From Staphylococcus phage BSwM-KMM1, in the sequence record OP902294.1: DNA of 64,000 nucleotides. One strand, written 5' to 3'. Under the pieces are notes generated by a model. It had not been told where the DNA came from. It saw nothing but the letters and a program-made list of their open reading frames with translations, and searched no databases. Each line of letters begins with the position of its first letter. Position 1 is the first letter of the stretch. Both the position numbers and the translations under genes were made by a program. Below, piece after piece: positions 19,668 through 30,787 of this stretch.

Positions 19668-22100
19668 GTGTATATGCGTAGAATAAGAAGACCTAAGGTA
19701 AGAATAGAAATCGTTACAGATGATAATACATTTACATTACGCTTTGAAGATACAAGAGACTACAGCGGGGAAGAATTTGGAGCTAAGCTTTTAGGTTTCC
19801 AAACTAAAAACTCAATGGAAGATGATAGTTCTGTTTTCCAAATTAATATGGCAGGAGATACGTATTGGGATAAGTTAGTTATGGCTAATGACATAATCAG
19901 AATATTTATTACACCTAATGATGACCCTAACGATAAAGAAGGAAGACAAGAAAGGTTAATTCAAGTTGGAATGGTTTCACAAGTATCAAAAGTAGGTAGC
20001 TATGGAAATGACCAAACTCAATTTAGAATAACCGGTCAATCTTTTGTAAAACCATTTATGAAATTTGGGTTAGGTGTTATTCAAGAGGTTCAAGCTGTAC
20101 TTCCTGAAGTAGGTTGGCTTATTGACGGTGACGGAGATAATGAAGTTAAATTTACAGGTAGCTCGGCTCATGAAGTTATGACAGGTATTATCCGTAGATT
20201 TGTCCCTTACATGAAGTATAATTATACTGAAAAGACATATAATACTATTGATAATTATCTTGACTATGATGATTTAAGTAGTTGGGATGAGTTTGAAAAC
20301 TTGACAGAAGTCTCTGCTTTCACTAATTTTGATGGGACGTTAAAACAGTTTATGGATATGGTAACAGCTAGACCTTTCAATGAATTATTCTTTAAAAACT
20401 CAGAGAAAACACCTGGTAAGGCACAACTTGTTTTAAGAAAAACACCTTTCAACCCTACTGAGTGGAGAGCTCTTGACGTGATTAAAGTCCCTACAGAGGA
20501 TTTTATTGAAGAGGATGTAGGTAAAAGTGATGTTGAAACATACTCTATATTTACAGCTACACCTGCAGGTATGTTAAAAGAACTTAATGGTGATGTATTT
20601 TCTAAACCACAATTTCACCCTGAATTGACTGATAGATATGGGTATACTAAATTTGAAGTAGAAAATATCTATCTTAGTACTAAATCAGGTTCAGCTACTG
20701 AAGACTCAGATTCTTCGGGTGATGATAATGGTACTGAAAGAGGAACTTACTCTAAAATTATGAAAGATTTAAGTAACTATGGAAGAGATAATGTTTCTAA
20801 AGGTATAGATAAGTATACAAGTAAATTATCTTCAAAATATAAAAACTTAAAAAAGCCCAAGCTAAAAAAATTATAGAGAAGTTTGTCAAAGAAGGAAAAG
20901 TAACAGAAAAAGAATACGAGAAGATAACAGGGAATAAAGTAGATGATGAATTAACATCAGATAACAGACCGAAGTTGACAAAAGATAAATTAAAGAGTAT
21001 ACTAAAAGAGGAGTTTAAAACACAAGATGATTTTAATAACTCTAAGAAAAAGAAAAAGCTAAGACAGATGCACTTAAAGAATTGACAACTAAATATCGTT
21101 TTGGTAATAAAACACACGCTACAACTTTGCTAGATGAATATATTAAATACAAAGGAGAACCACCAAATGATGAGGCTTTAGATAACTACTTAAAAGCTAT
21201 TGAAGGTGTAAGTAACATAGCAACGGATACTGGTTCTGACGCAAGTGATAGCCCTTTAGCAATGTTCTCTCGTATGTTATTTAATTGGTATCATGGTAAC
21301 CCTAACTTTTACGCAGGGGATATCATTGTACTAGGAGACCCTAAGTATGACCTTGGTAAGAGATTATTTATAGAAGACAAACAACGAGGAGATACATGGG
21401 AATTTTATATCGAATCCGTAGAACATAAGTTTGACTATAAACAAGGTTACTACACAACAGTAGGTGTTACTAGAGGACTAAAAGATGCTATCCTTGAAAG
21501 TGGTAAAGGTAGTCCTCATAGATTTGCAGGTTTATGGAATCAGTCATCTGACTTCATGGGAGGTCTCATGGGAGAAGATACATCTAAAGAACTTAAAGAA
21601 AAAGGTGTGTCAGAGAAACAACAAAGCGGTGGAGATAAAGATGGTGGTTCTGATAGTGGGGGAGCCCAAGACGGAGGTTCTTTAAGCTCACTTAAGAAAT
21701 TTAATGGTAAGCTACCTAAACATAACCCAAACTTTGTTCAACCAAATAACCGACATTACAAGTACCAATGTACTTGGTTTGCCTATAATAGAAGAGGAGA
21801 GCTTGGTATTCCTGTACCTTTATGGGGGACGCTGCCGACTGGATTGGTGGGGCTAAAGGAGCAGGTTATGGGGTAGGTAGGACACCTAAACAAGGTGCCT
21901 GTGTTATTTGGCAACGAGGAGATAAAGGTGGCTCTAATGCTTATGGTCACGTTGCTTTCGTTGAGAAAGTTTTAGACGGTGGAAAGAAAATATTTATATC
22001 CGAGCATAACTGGGATACACCGAATGGTTATGGAACTAGAACAATAGATATGAGCTCTCAAATTGGTAAAGAAGCCCAATTTATTTACGATAAAAAATAA
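19668..22100 (+). CDS. Tail-associated muralytic enzyme (TAME, ~811 aa) with a C-terminal CHAP peptidase domain. It is split into three ORFs by frameshifts near 20875 and 21850.
   Basis: ORFs 19668-20876, 20875/21082-21876 and 21822-22100 are collinear. The CHAP motifs YKYQCTWFAYNRRGELG (catalytic Cys) and NAYGHVAFVEKV (catalytic His) lie at 21750-21970. The size matches the ~808-aa TAME of K-like phages. Confidence 0.8.
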
Positions 22101-22113
22101 AGGAGGATAAGCT

Positions 22114-23000
22114 ATGGCAACAGATAAACAAGTTAAAGATATTATCGAAAAGTTTATAGATAATGTATTTAGTTTTGATGTACTAACAATGGAAAAGGTA
22201 GCAGAGAAAGACGAAGAAGTCAAAAAATATCTGTTAATGACGTATATAACAAAGTAGTGTATATTAGACCTTATGTAGGTGTTATACAAAGCATGAATAC
22301 TCAACATATACAATATGAGAACTTTTCAAATAATGGTACAGATGCTGAAGCAGTAGTTACTTTTAGAAAAATAAGTTATCCAATAGGTAGAGAGTCTATA
22401 CCAACAGACTCTTTATCTACACTTATTATTAGTTTAGTTGAACGAAATCAAGAATTGCTTATAGATTCATTTGACGAGACGCAGGATGTCCTATACGGAG
22501 CCTACATGGAAGAAGAATATGTATTTGATGAGGATGTTCCTCTGAGTACAATAATTGCACTAGATTTAAGTGATAATATTAAGTCCTTATCAAATATAAA
22601 ATATATGTTTAAAGGAGCCCCTAAAGAGAATCCTTTTGGCACAGACAAAGATGTTTATATAGATACTTATAATTTATTATATTGGTTATACCTTGGTGAA
22701 GGAGAAGAGTTATCTTACCCAATGAATATTAATTACTTCTTTACAGAAGGAAGGTTCTTTACTATATTTGGTAAAGGGCATAAATATAAAGTAGATGTAG
22801 ACCAATTTATAGCGGGAGATATATTATTCTTTGGTAGAAGTGATACTAATATTGGAATATATGTAGGGGACGGGGAATTTATTTCTATGATAGGGAAGTT
22901 CCCTAAAGATGAAACGTCTATAGGTAAATATAAGCTAGAAGATTATTGGAACGAATTTAACGGAAGAGTCATGAGATTTGATGAAGAGGTGTATATTTAA
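22114..23000 (+). CDS. Baseplate/tail protein (~295 aa) with a degenerate NlpC/P60-like C-terminal motif and no Cys. It is frameshifted at the A6 run at 22222-22227.
   Basis: The 47-aa ORF at 22114 (strong RBS AAAGGAGGATAAGCT) continues, after a 1-nt correction, into GTG-ORF 22257-23000. GDILFFGRSDTNIGIYVGDGEFISMIG resembles the NlpC/P60 His region, but the protein contains no cysteine. Confidence 0.5.
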
Positions 23001-25893
23001 TGGTAGTAAGATTCCAATCTTCCATGGGAAGAAGTTTAAAAAGAGTAGATTCAGACGACTTAAATGTAAAAGGGTTAGTTTTAGCCACAATAAGTAAAAT
23101 CAATTATCAGTATCAGTCAGTAGAAGTTAAAGTTAATAACTTGACACTAGGAAGACATATAGGGGATGATGGTAGTTTATCTGTACCTTACCCTAAATCC
23201 TTTATAGGTAGAACACCTGAAGGTAGTGTATTTGGAACAAAACCTTTAATTACTGAAGGTTCCGTAGTATTAATTGGGTTTTTAAATGATGATATAAATA
23301 GTCCTATAATTCTTAATGTTTATGGAGATAATGAGCAAAATAAAATGATTAATACCAATCCTCTTGAAGGAGGTAAATTTGATACAGATGACACTTACAA
23401 GTATAGTAGTGCAATATATGAGATACTACCATCTTTAAATTATAAGTATGAAGATGGAGAAGGTACAAGTATTAAAACTTTCAATGGTAAATCTTTCTTC
23501 TCTATGACATCAGGTGAAGAGGAGAAACCACAAGCTTCAGACTTCTATACTGGTACAGAATATCAAGATTTATTTACTTCATATTACGGTAATAAAACAT
23601 TAATTGAGCCTAGAATACAAAAAGCACCTAACATGTTATTTAAACATCAAGGCGTTTTTATGATGATGGTACACCCGATAACCATATAACTACTCTATTC
23701 CTTTCTGAACGAGGGGATATTAGAACATCAGTATTAAATACAGAAACACAACAAAGAACAACACAAGAAATGTCGAGTGATGGGTCTTATAGAGTAATTA
23801 AACAAGACGATGACTTAATGTTAGATGAAGCTCAAGTTTGGGTTGAGTATGGAATTAGTGAAGATAATAAATTTTATATTAAAAATGATAAACATAAATT
23901 TGAATTTACAGATGATGGTATTTATATAGATGAAAAGCCTATGTTAGAAAACTTAGGAGATAGTATTGAAGAATCTATGAAAAACTTAGAAGAGATACAA
24001 AAGAACTTGAAGATATAAATTATCTCTTAGAAGGAGTAGGGAAGGATAATCTAGAGGAACTTATTGCCTCTACTAAAGAGTCTATAGAAGCATCTAACCA
24101 AGCTACTAAAGATGTTCAAACCTTAGGAACAAATATAAATGCTGTAAGTTCTAGAACAGAAGGTATTATAACACAATTCCAAGATTTTAGAGATAGAACA
24201 TTCAAAGATTTTTATGATGAGGTAAATGAATACCTAGCAGGAGAGCATGGCTCGGTTGAAACAATTGTTAATACTGATTTACCTGAAATAAGAAATACTG
24301 AACAAAAGTATAGACATACAACGTTTAGAGACATAAAAATACATGCGGATTTACCCTTTAAATTCCAAGACTATGATAGTATAGTAGCAAATGATAATGT
24401 GACGTATTATTTCCCGCAAGGTATTGCCATTAATAACGGTCAAACCTATATTATACATTCAGCTCCTGAGAGCGGTACTAAAAGACTAATTGTTATCTAT
24501 GATGAGTTTTATAAGTATGTTAATATGTTTTACGCAGGAACAACCGGAGGAGAAGGTCTTCATGTAGAAACAGAAGGAACTAAAACTTACCTCTATGCTA
24601 GAACAAGCAATAATAATATAGGTAAGTTTGATGTAACTAATTCTAGAAATATTGAGGAGAAATCAACGTTACAACCTGTAGAAGAATATAATATAAACGC
24701 ATACATGAATTTCTTTAGAACAGAAAGTGGATGGGGAGTAGAATACAATAACCAAACTAAAGGTGTGTTTTTACAGAGAGATACGGTAGTATTCTTCAAC
24801 AAGGATTTCAGTAAAAAACAGGGTACTTATGGATAAACCCTTCTAATTCTACATTATGGTCAAGTAATTTATTAGAGGGAGTTACAAACCACTCAGCTAA
24901 GAAGCAAGGTATGACACTTATAAATAATACCATCGTACAGACACTAGGAGGTAACTGGAACCCAACTAGAGATATTGAACCACATACTTATCATTTACAA
25001 GGGGTACAAGAGATAAGCCCTAGTGGAGATATTATGAATGATTATACGTACCATCCTTATGAGTTAAGAGATTACCTAACTAAACAAGGTAAAGTTGTCG
25101 ATATGATTGAACATGAAGGTGCGTTCTCTTATAATAATAGACTATTTAGTATTATTGTTTACAAAAGCAGAACTAAATCAGATGCAAATAAACAAGGTGT
25201 ACTTATTGTAGAATACAAACCTAAAGAGAAAGAATACACTTTCAATAAGACAGGGAGCCTTTCTTGGCACCTACAGCTAACTATAACCCTTATAAAACTA
25301 ATATTGATGGTAAGCTTTATAATGAATACACAGGAGAAGAAATAACAAATATTAAAGACCTTGTAAGATATATGGTATCAACGTATCAAAGTAATATTGT
25401 ATTCTATTCATCTAAGGTATCTATGTTAGATTATGAAGGAGTAGCTATACCAGGAGGTATACGAGTAGAGTTAGAGAATTTAAATAACTACACATTCCAT
25501 TTACTGTACAGAGGTAATGCTACTAATGAAGTTTATATAATAAATTATACAGCCTCTACAGATAGCTTTAATATAACTTCACAAGATTCTGATAACAAAT
25601 ACGATAAACTAGATTTAAGTACTATTAAATATAAGATGACAGGGTACGTAACAAATGCTACAAATACACCTACAAGTACTAGACATGGTTATATAGATTC
25701 AAGAAGGTATGGCTCTAATTCTAAATTGTTCTTCTCTCCTTATAATAGTTACAGAAACATATATGAACCTAAATCTAGGGGAGTATGGCAAGGTTGGGAA
25801 AAAACAGGAAGTAACACAGATAACAACAACCCTGTAGTAGTATCTAAAGAAGAACCTGCAGAAGCAGTTATTTGGTTTGAGGTGACTGACTAA
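23000..25893 (+). CDS. Large baseplate/tail structural protein (~964 aa), fragmented by frameshifts near 23660, 24015, 24815 and 25270.
   Basis: The collinear ORFs 23000-23689, 23770-24018, 24399-24836, 24911-25345 and 25264-25893 join across A-runs. No catalytic motif was recognised and no GDPD-type HRG motif was seen. Confidence 0.55.
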
Positions 25894-27001
25894 TGAATAA
25901 GTATTTAATAGTTTTGAAAGATAAGAATAACAAAGAGTTTTTAAACGAGTATGATATTCAAAATATAGAAATTTATATGGGAGTAATTGTTATTGCTTAT
26001 ATGTTAGAAAGTACAGCAAAAGAATTAGAAACACATTCTAACATAGAGAGTATAGAAAAGATGGAGCAGAGCATGTCGATATAGAAGAAGAATCCGATAT
26101 AAGATATGAGACTTCCACAACAACGTATGCCTTTGATATGATGGAAATACAGAAATTCCATAAGGAAGGGTATACAGGAAAAGGTTTTAAGATAGGTTTA
26201 CTTGACACAGGTGTACAGAAGCATGTAAACTTAAACGTAACAGATGGTATAAATGTTTATGATGGTAATTTACCATGGGATAATAGTTTAGCTAACTCCC
26301 ATGGTACTCTAGTAGCAGGGGTTATTAATGCTCAAGGTAGAAACGGAGAGCTTATAGGTATAGCCCCTGACGCAGAGTTATATGCTATTAGAATAGATAA
26401 TGGAAATGGGGCTATTAACTCTACTACATGGAGCTCTCAAATAGCGGGGATGAGTTGGGCTATAGATAATGGAATGGATGCTGTAAACTGTTCCTTTTCT
26501 AGTAGGATAGAATCTAAAGCTAGAAAAATGGCTTTTAAGATAGCAGAAGAAAACGGTATAGCTATATTTTGTAGTGCAGGAAACACACAACCTAGTAATG
26601 ATACAACTACAAATACTGCTAAGTATCCTGCAAAATACCCTTTCACTATAGCAAATGCTAATATATATCCTGATAAGAGAAGATATCCTACTAGTTGTAT
26701 AGGTCAAGGTTTGAATTTCTCAAACGGAGGGGTAAAAGTGGTAACAACAACTACAGCTAAAAACTCTACTGCAGTAAGCACAGCCTACTCAGGAGGTAGT
26801 ACAGGAACCTCTCTAGCATCTCCGGCTACACTAGGTATCTATATATTATATAAACAAAAATACAAAGAATCTAAAGATAAAATATTACAACGAATGGCAG
26901 TTAATGCAGAAAACCTAGGAGACACTTTTTGGTACGGAGCAGGATTACCTAAGTATCCTACAAGTAATTATATAAATATTAATATTAGGGGTAAGAAGTA
27001 A
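25893..27001 (+). CDS. Subtilisin-like serine protease (peptidase S8): an I9-type propeptide (63-aa ORF 25893-26084) plus a catalytic domain (26138-27001). The two are joined by an apparent frameshift near 26060-26085, and there is no signal peptide.
   Basis: Catalytic-triad motifs are GLLDTGV (Asp), NSHGTLVAG (His), SAGN (oxyanion Asn) and GGSTGTSLASPA (Ser). The region before the Asp box (EIQKFHKEGYTGKGFKIGLLDTGV) aligns with the mature subtilisin N-terminus, and the C-terminal ...ENLGDTFWYGAGL resembles subtilisin ...YLGNSFYYGKGL. The upstream ORF MNKYLIVLKDKNN... carries the I9 propeptide KYIVGFK-like motif, and the open frame from 26042 is continuous with the catalytic-domain ORF. Confidence 0.8.
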
Positions 27002-27002
27002 T

Positions 27003-27473
27003 ATGCAAATGAAGTATAAAGTAGCCGGGCAATTTGAACATATGTATCCAAAAACGCTCGGAGATAATGTTAATCTAAATAATGGTCAAACATTAGAGCA
27101 ATGGAAAAAACAGATAGATGATATTTATAACGATAAAGAAGATTCCGATTTTAACGAAGTATGGAGCGGGGCAGACGTATTAGGAGGGAATTCAGAATTA
27201 ACAATACTAAAGCCTTTAAAAGAGTGTAAGAATGGGTGGATACTAGTATTTAAAGAACCTTCAGGAGCATCAGGTAATATTAACTATTGTTATGTACCTA
27301 GAGTCCATTCCGATTTATATTCTACTTTTGGGGTAAAATTTTTAGTAGGGGTTAGAAGTGGAGGAGTTCGTTCTAAGTTCTTGTTCATTACGGACACAAC
27401 AATAAAAGGACATACTTCCAATGGTACAGGAGGAAATGAAGAAACTACATTAGTTAAAGTTATAAGTTACTAA
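27003..27473 (+). CDS. Hypothetical 156-aa protein translationally coupled to the subtilase (TAAtATG).
   Basis: Intact ORF starting 2 nt after the protease stop. It is followed by a terminator and has no recognisable motif. Confidence 0.5.
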   Translation: MQMKYKVAGQFEHMYPKTLGDNVNLNNGQTLEQWKKQIDDIYNDKEDSDFNEVWSGADVLGGNSELTILKPLKECKNGWILVFKEPSGASGNINYCYVPRVHSDLYSTFGVKFLVGVRSGGVRSKFLFITDTTIKGHTSNGTGGNEETTLVKVISY

Positions 27474-27486
27474 ATAATAATTAAAA

Positions 27487-27511
27487 GGCTAACTAAAGTT
27501 AGTCTTTTTTT
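27487..27511 (+). terminator. Rho-independent terminator closing the subtilase cassette.
   Basis: GGCTAAC / GTTAGTC stem (one G-U pair), 4-nt loop and T7 run. Confidence 0.65.
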
Positions 27512-27585
27512 AGTTGTAATTTAAACTAATTCGTGATATATTAGTAGTATGAGATTTATATACATACTGAAAAGGAGAGGATAAA

Positions 27586-28376
27586 ATGCCACAATCAGAC
27601 GGAATAAGTAGCCTTCATAGAATAGCCTTACGTTTCCCTAAAGAGGGCGGTGGTTATGATATGTACAGATTTAAAGTAAACCCGGAAAACTATACTATAG
27701 ATGCACCTCAACGTACAACAGCAATTAAAACAAAATCGGATATTGTGATAGAAGATTACGGTAAAGACATAGAAGTTATTAACTTCTCAGGTACTACTGG
27801 ATTTAGACCAGTCAGAGAATCAAGTGGTTTGAAAACAGGTAAACAGAAAATGGAAGAACTACAAAGCAGAGTTAAAGAGTATGCAATGCAAGGTGGAAGT
27901 GGTAACGTAAGCGGTTCTTACTTACAATTTTTAACTTTACAGATGATAGTTACTATAAAGTACATTTAGCACCCCAAGGATTAAAAATAACTAGGTCTAA
28001 GGATGAGCCTTTACTCTTTAGATATGAGATAACCTTAGTAGTTATTGGTTCATTAACGGAGTCGGATAGAAGTGCTGTAACAACAGAAGAGTTTGGTAAT
28101 ATTAATCCTAATGCTTCACAGAGAGTTGACGAAGGTATGAAAGAATTAGATAAAAATGCCCGTAAGACTAGAGACAGAAACAATCAAGAAATATCTAGAA
28201 GAGAAAATACAATACCTAAATCTACCGGAGACAACACAAATGAGGGTAATAGACTAAAACAAAGCTTTCCTAGTAGTTCTATATATAATCCTAGACAATC
28301 TACTAATGGATTAAAAGGGAACATTGATAACATGGCTCTAATAATAGGCTATGGTGATGGAGGTGTATCTAGTTAA
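27586..28376 (+). CDS. Baseplate protein (~263 aa), frameshifted near 27945 and 28130.
   Basis: Collinear ORFs 27586-27969 and 28137-28376 plus the intervening frame (..KVHLAPQGLKITRSKDEPLLFRYEITLVVIGSLTESDRSAVTTEEF..). The RBS is AAGGAGAGGA, and the size matches the ~263-aa baseplate gene of K-like phages. Confidence 0.55.
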
Positions 28377-28899
28377 TGAATAATTTTATAGCACAACCAC
28401 AAGGTTTACTTAGATTTTTAAATGCTTTAGATACAGATTTAACTTCTTCTCATATGAATTTACTTGATGAAGAGGTATCATTTGTATCTAGATTTTATAC
28501 CCCACAGCTACAATTAAGTGAATTAGCAAAAACAGTATTGACAAGTATAAAGACAGATGATATACCTGTATTAGAGAGGAATTTAATAATAACACTATTA
28601 TCCATAAAGCAAATGATACATTGTTAAAAGTCCAAGCACCTAGAATGTATATGATTTTACAATCCATTGTACTTGAAGCATATGCTATTGTTAATTGCTT
28701 TGTAGAAAACCCAAGTTCTTTGAAATATTTAACTGAAGATGATGTTAAAATAACACGAGAAAACTTGAATTATGTAGCAGATTATTTAGGTAACTATGAT
28801 GACTACAATAGTGTTGTTCTAGATTTAAGAGATTTAGACTTATGTTTTAGTGCAATAGAATTACAACTACCTCTAATTAAAAAGGAGGCTAATGTATAA
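28376..28899 (+). CDS. Hypothetical baseplate-module protein (~174 aa), frameshifted near 28620.
   Basis: ORFs 28376-28627 and 28621-28899 overlap and are collinear. Confidence 0.45.
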
Positions 28900-29603
28900 T
28901 GAGATTTAAGAAACATGTAGTTCAGCATGAAGAGACTATACAAGCAATAGCACAAAGATATTATGGGGATGTAAGTTATTGGATAGATTTAGTAGAACAT
29001 AACAACTTAAAGTATCCATATCTAGTAGAAACTAATGAAGAGAAAATGAAAGACCCTGAAAGGTTAGCTTCTACAGGTGATACACTTATTATACCTATAG
29101 AATCTGATTTAACAGATGTAACAGCAAAGGAAATTAATTCTAGAGATAAAGACGTATTAGTTGAACTAGCCTTAGGGAGAGACTTGAATATTACATCTGA
29201 TGAAAAGTATTTTAATGAACATGGTACTAGTGATAACATACTAGCATTTAGTACTGATGGTAACGGAGACTTAGATACTGTAAAAGGTATAGACAATATG
29301 AAACAGCAGTTACAAGCAAGATTATTAACTCCTAGAGGTTCTTTAATGTTACACCCTAATTATGGTTCTGACTTGCATAATTTATTTGGTCTTAACATAC
29401 CGGAGCAAGCAACATTAATTGAGATGGAAGTCTTAAGAACCTTAACATCAGATAATAGAGTAAAATCTGCTAACTTAATTGATTGGAAGATACAAGGAAA
29501 CATTTATTCAGGTCAATTCTCAGTAGAAATAAAATCTGTTGAGGAATCTATAGAATTTGTTTTAGGGCAAGATGAAGAAGGCATTTTTGCTTTATTTGAA
29601 TAG
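28899..29603 (+). CDS. Baseplate protein with an N-terminal LysM-like motif and a gp25/GPW-like body (234 aa).
   Basis: The N-terminus HVVQHEETIQAIAQRYYGDVSYWIDLVEHNNL fits the LysM consensus. Size and position (before the J-like gene) are as for K-like baseplate wedge proteins. Confidence 0.65.
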   Translation: MRFKKHVVQHEETIQAIAQRYYGDVSYWIDLVEHNNLKYPYLVETNEEKMKDPERLASTGDTLIIPIESDLTDVTAKEINSRDKDVLVELALGRDLNITSDEKYFNEHGTSDNILAFSTDGNGDLDTVKGIDNMKQQLQARLLTPRGSLMLHPNYGSDLHNLFGLNIPEQATLIEMEVLRTLTSDNRVKSANLIDWKIQGNIYSGQFSVEIKSVEESIEFVLGQDEEGIFALFE

Positions 29604-29617
29604 GAAAGGATTAAATT

Positions 29618-30664
29618 ATGAAAACTAGAAAATTAACCAATATACTATCGAAGTTAATAGATAAGACAATGACAGGTACAAGTAAGATAACAGATTTTAC
29701 ACCAGGGTCAGCTTCTCGTTCATTATTAGAAGCTGTATCACTAGAGATAGAGCAATTTTATATACTAACAAAAGAGAATATTAATTGGGGTATTCAAGAA
29801 GGTATTATTGAGGCTTTTGATTTTCAAAAGAGACAATCTAAAAGAGCGTATGGTGATGTAACCATTCAATTTTATCAACCCTTAGATATGCGGATGTATA
29901 TACCTGCAGGAACAACTTTTACCTCAACACGTCAAGAGTACCCGCAACAGTTTGAAACATTAGTTGATTATTATGCAGAACCTGATTCCACTGAGATTGT
30001 AGTAGAGGTATATTGTAAAGAAACAGGGGTTGCAGGGAATGTACCTGAGGGAACAATTAATACAATAGCATCAGGCTCTAGTTTAATTAGAAGTGTTAAT
30101 AACGATTTATCTTTTAATACAGGTACTAAAGAAGAAAGCCAAGAAGATTTTAAACGTAGATTCCATTCTTTCGTAGAATCTAGAGGAAGAGCAACTAATA
30201 AATCAGTACGATATGGTGCCCTACAAATACCTGACGTTGAAGGTGTTTACGTTTATGAAGAAATAGGTCATATCACTGTATACGCCCATGATAGAAACGG
30301 TAACTTATCAGATACTTTAAAAGAAGATGTAACTAATGCTTTACAAGACTATAGACCTAGTGGTATAATGTTAGATGTTACAGGAGTAGAAAAAGAAGAA
30401 GTTAATGTTTCTGCTACAGTAACAATATCTAATAAATCTAGAATTGGTGATACATTACGTAGACATATTGAAGGCGTAATTAGAAGTTACTTAAATAATT
30501 TAAAAACATCCGATGACTTAATTATTACAGACCTTATACAGGCAATAATGAATATTGATGATGTATTAATTTATGATGTGGCATTTGATAACTTAGATGA
30601 AAACATTATAGTACCACCACAAGGAATTATTAGAGCAGGAGAAATACAAGTAGAATTGAAGTAA
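29618..30664 (+). CDS. Baseplate J-like protein (348 aa).
   Basis: Intact ORF with RBS AGGAAAGGA. Size and synteny (after the gp25-like gene) are typical of the gpJ/gp6 family. No motif was verified. Confidence 0.55.
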   Translation: MKTRKLTNILSKLIDKTMTGTSKITDFTPGSASRSLLEAVSLEIEQFYILTKENINWGIQEGIIEAFDFQKRQSKRAYGDVTIQFYQPLDMRMYIPAGTTFTSTRQEYPQQFETLVDYYAEPDSTEIVVEVYCKETGVAGNVPEGTINTIASGSSLIRSVNNDLSFNTGTKEESQEDFKRRFHSFVESRGRATNKSVRYGALQIPDVEGVYVYEEIGHITVYAHDRNGNLSDTLKEDVTNALQDYRPSGIMLDVTGVEKEEVNVSATVTISNKSRIGDTLRRHIEGVIRSYLNNLKTSDDLIITDLIQAIMNIDDVLIYDVAFDNLDENIIVPPQGIIRAGEIQVELK

Positions 30665-30787
30665 AGAGAGGTGAGACTTAAGTCGTGGCTAATTTTTAAA
30701 AAATCTTCATCCATTATTAAGAAGAAATAGAAATAAAAAGATAATCAAGACCCTAACTTTGCCTTAATTGATACTCTTAATGAGGAA

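Noticed and set aside
22257-23000. NlpC/P60-like peptidoglycan hydrolase call for the 295-aa protein.
   Set aside because: The C-terminal GDILFF...NIGIYVGDGEFI resembles the NlpC/P60 His region, but the His is replaced by Asn and the whole protein contains no cysteine. An active Cys peptidase is therefore not supported, and it is retained only as a structural protein with a degenerate fold motif.
26042-26137. Independent translation start for the subtilase at ATG 26138 with the 63-aa ORF as a separate peptide.
   Set aside because: There is no RBS before ATG 26138, the catalytic-domain frame is open from 26042 without a start codon, and the upstream ORF has an I9-propeptide motif. A single pro-enzyme interrupted by a sequencing frameshift is more parsimonious. 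The separate-gene model cannot be fully excluded.
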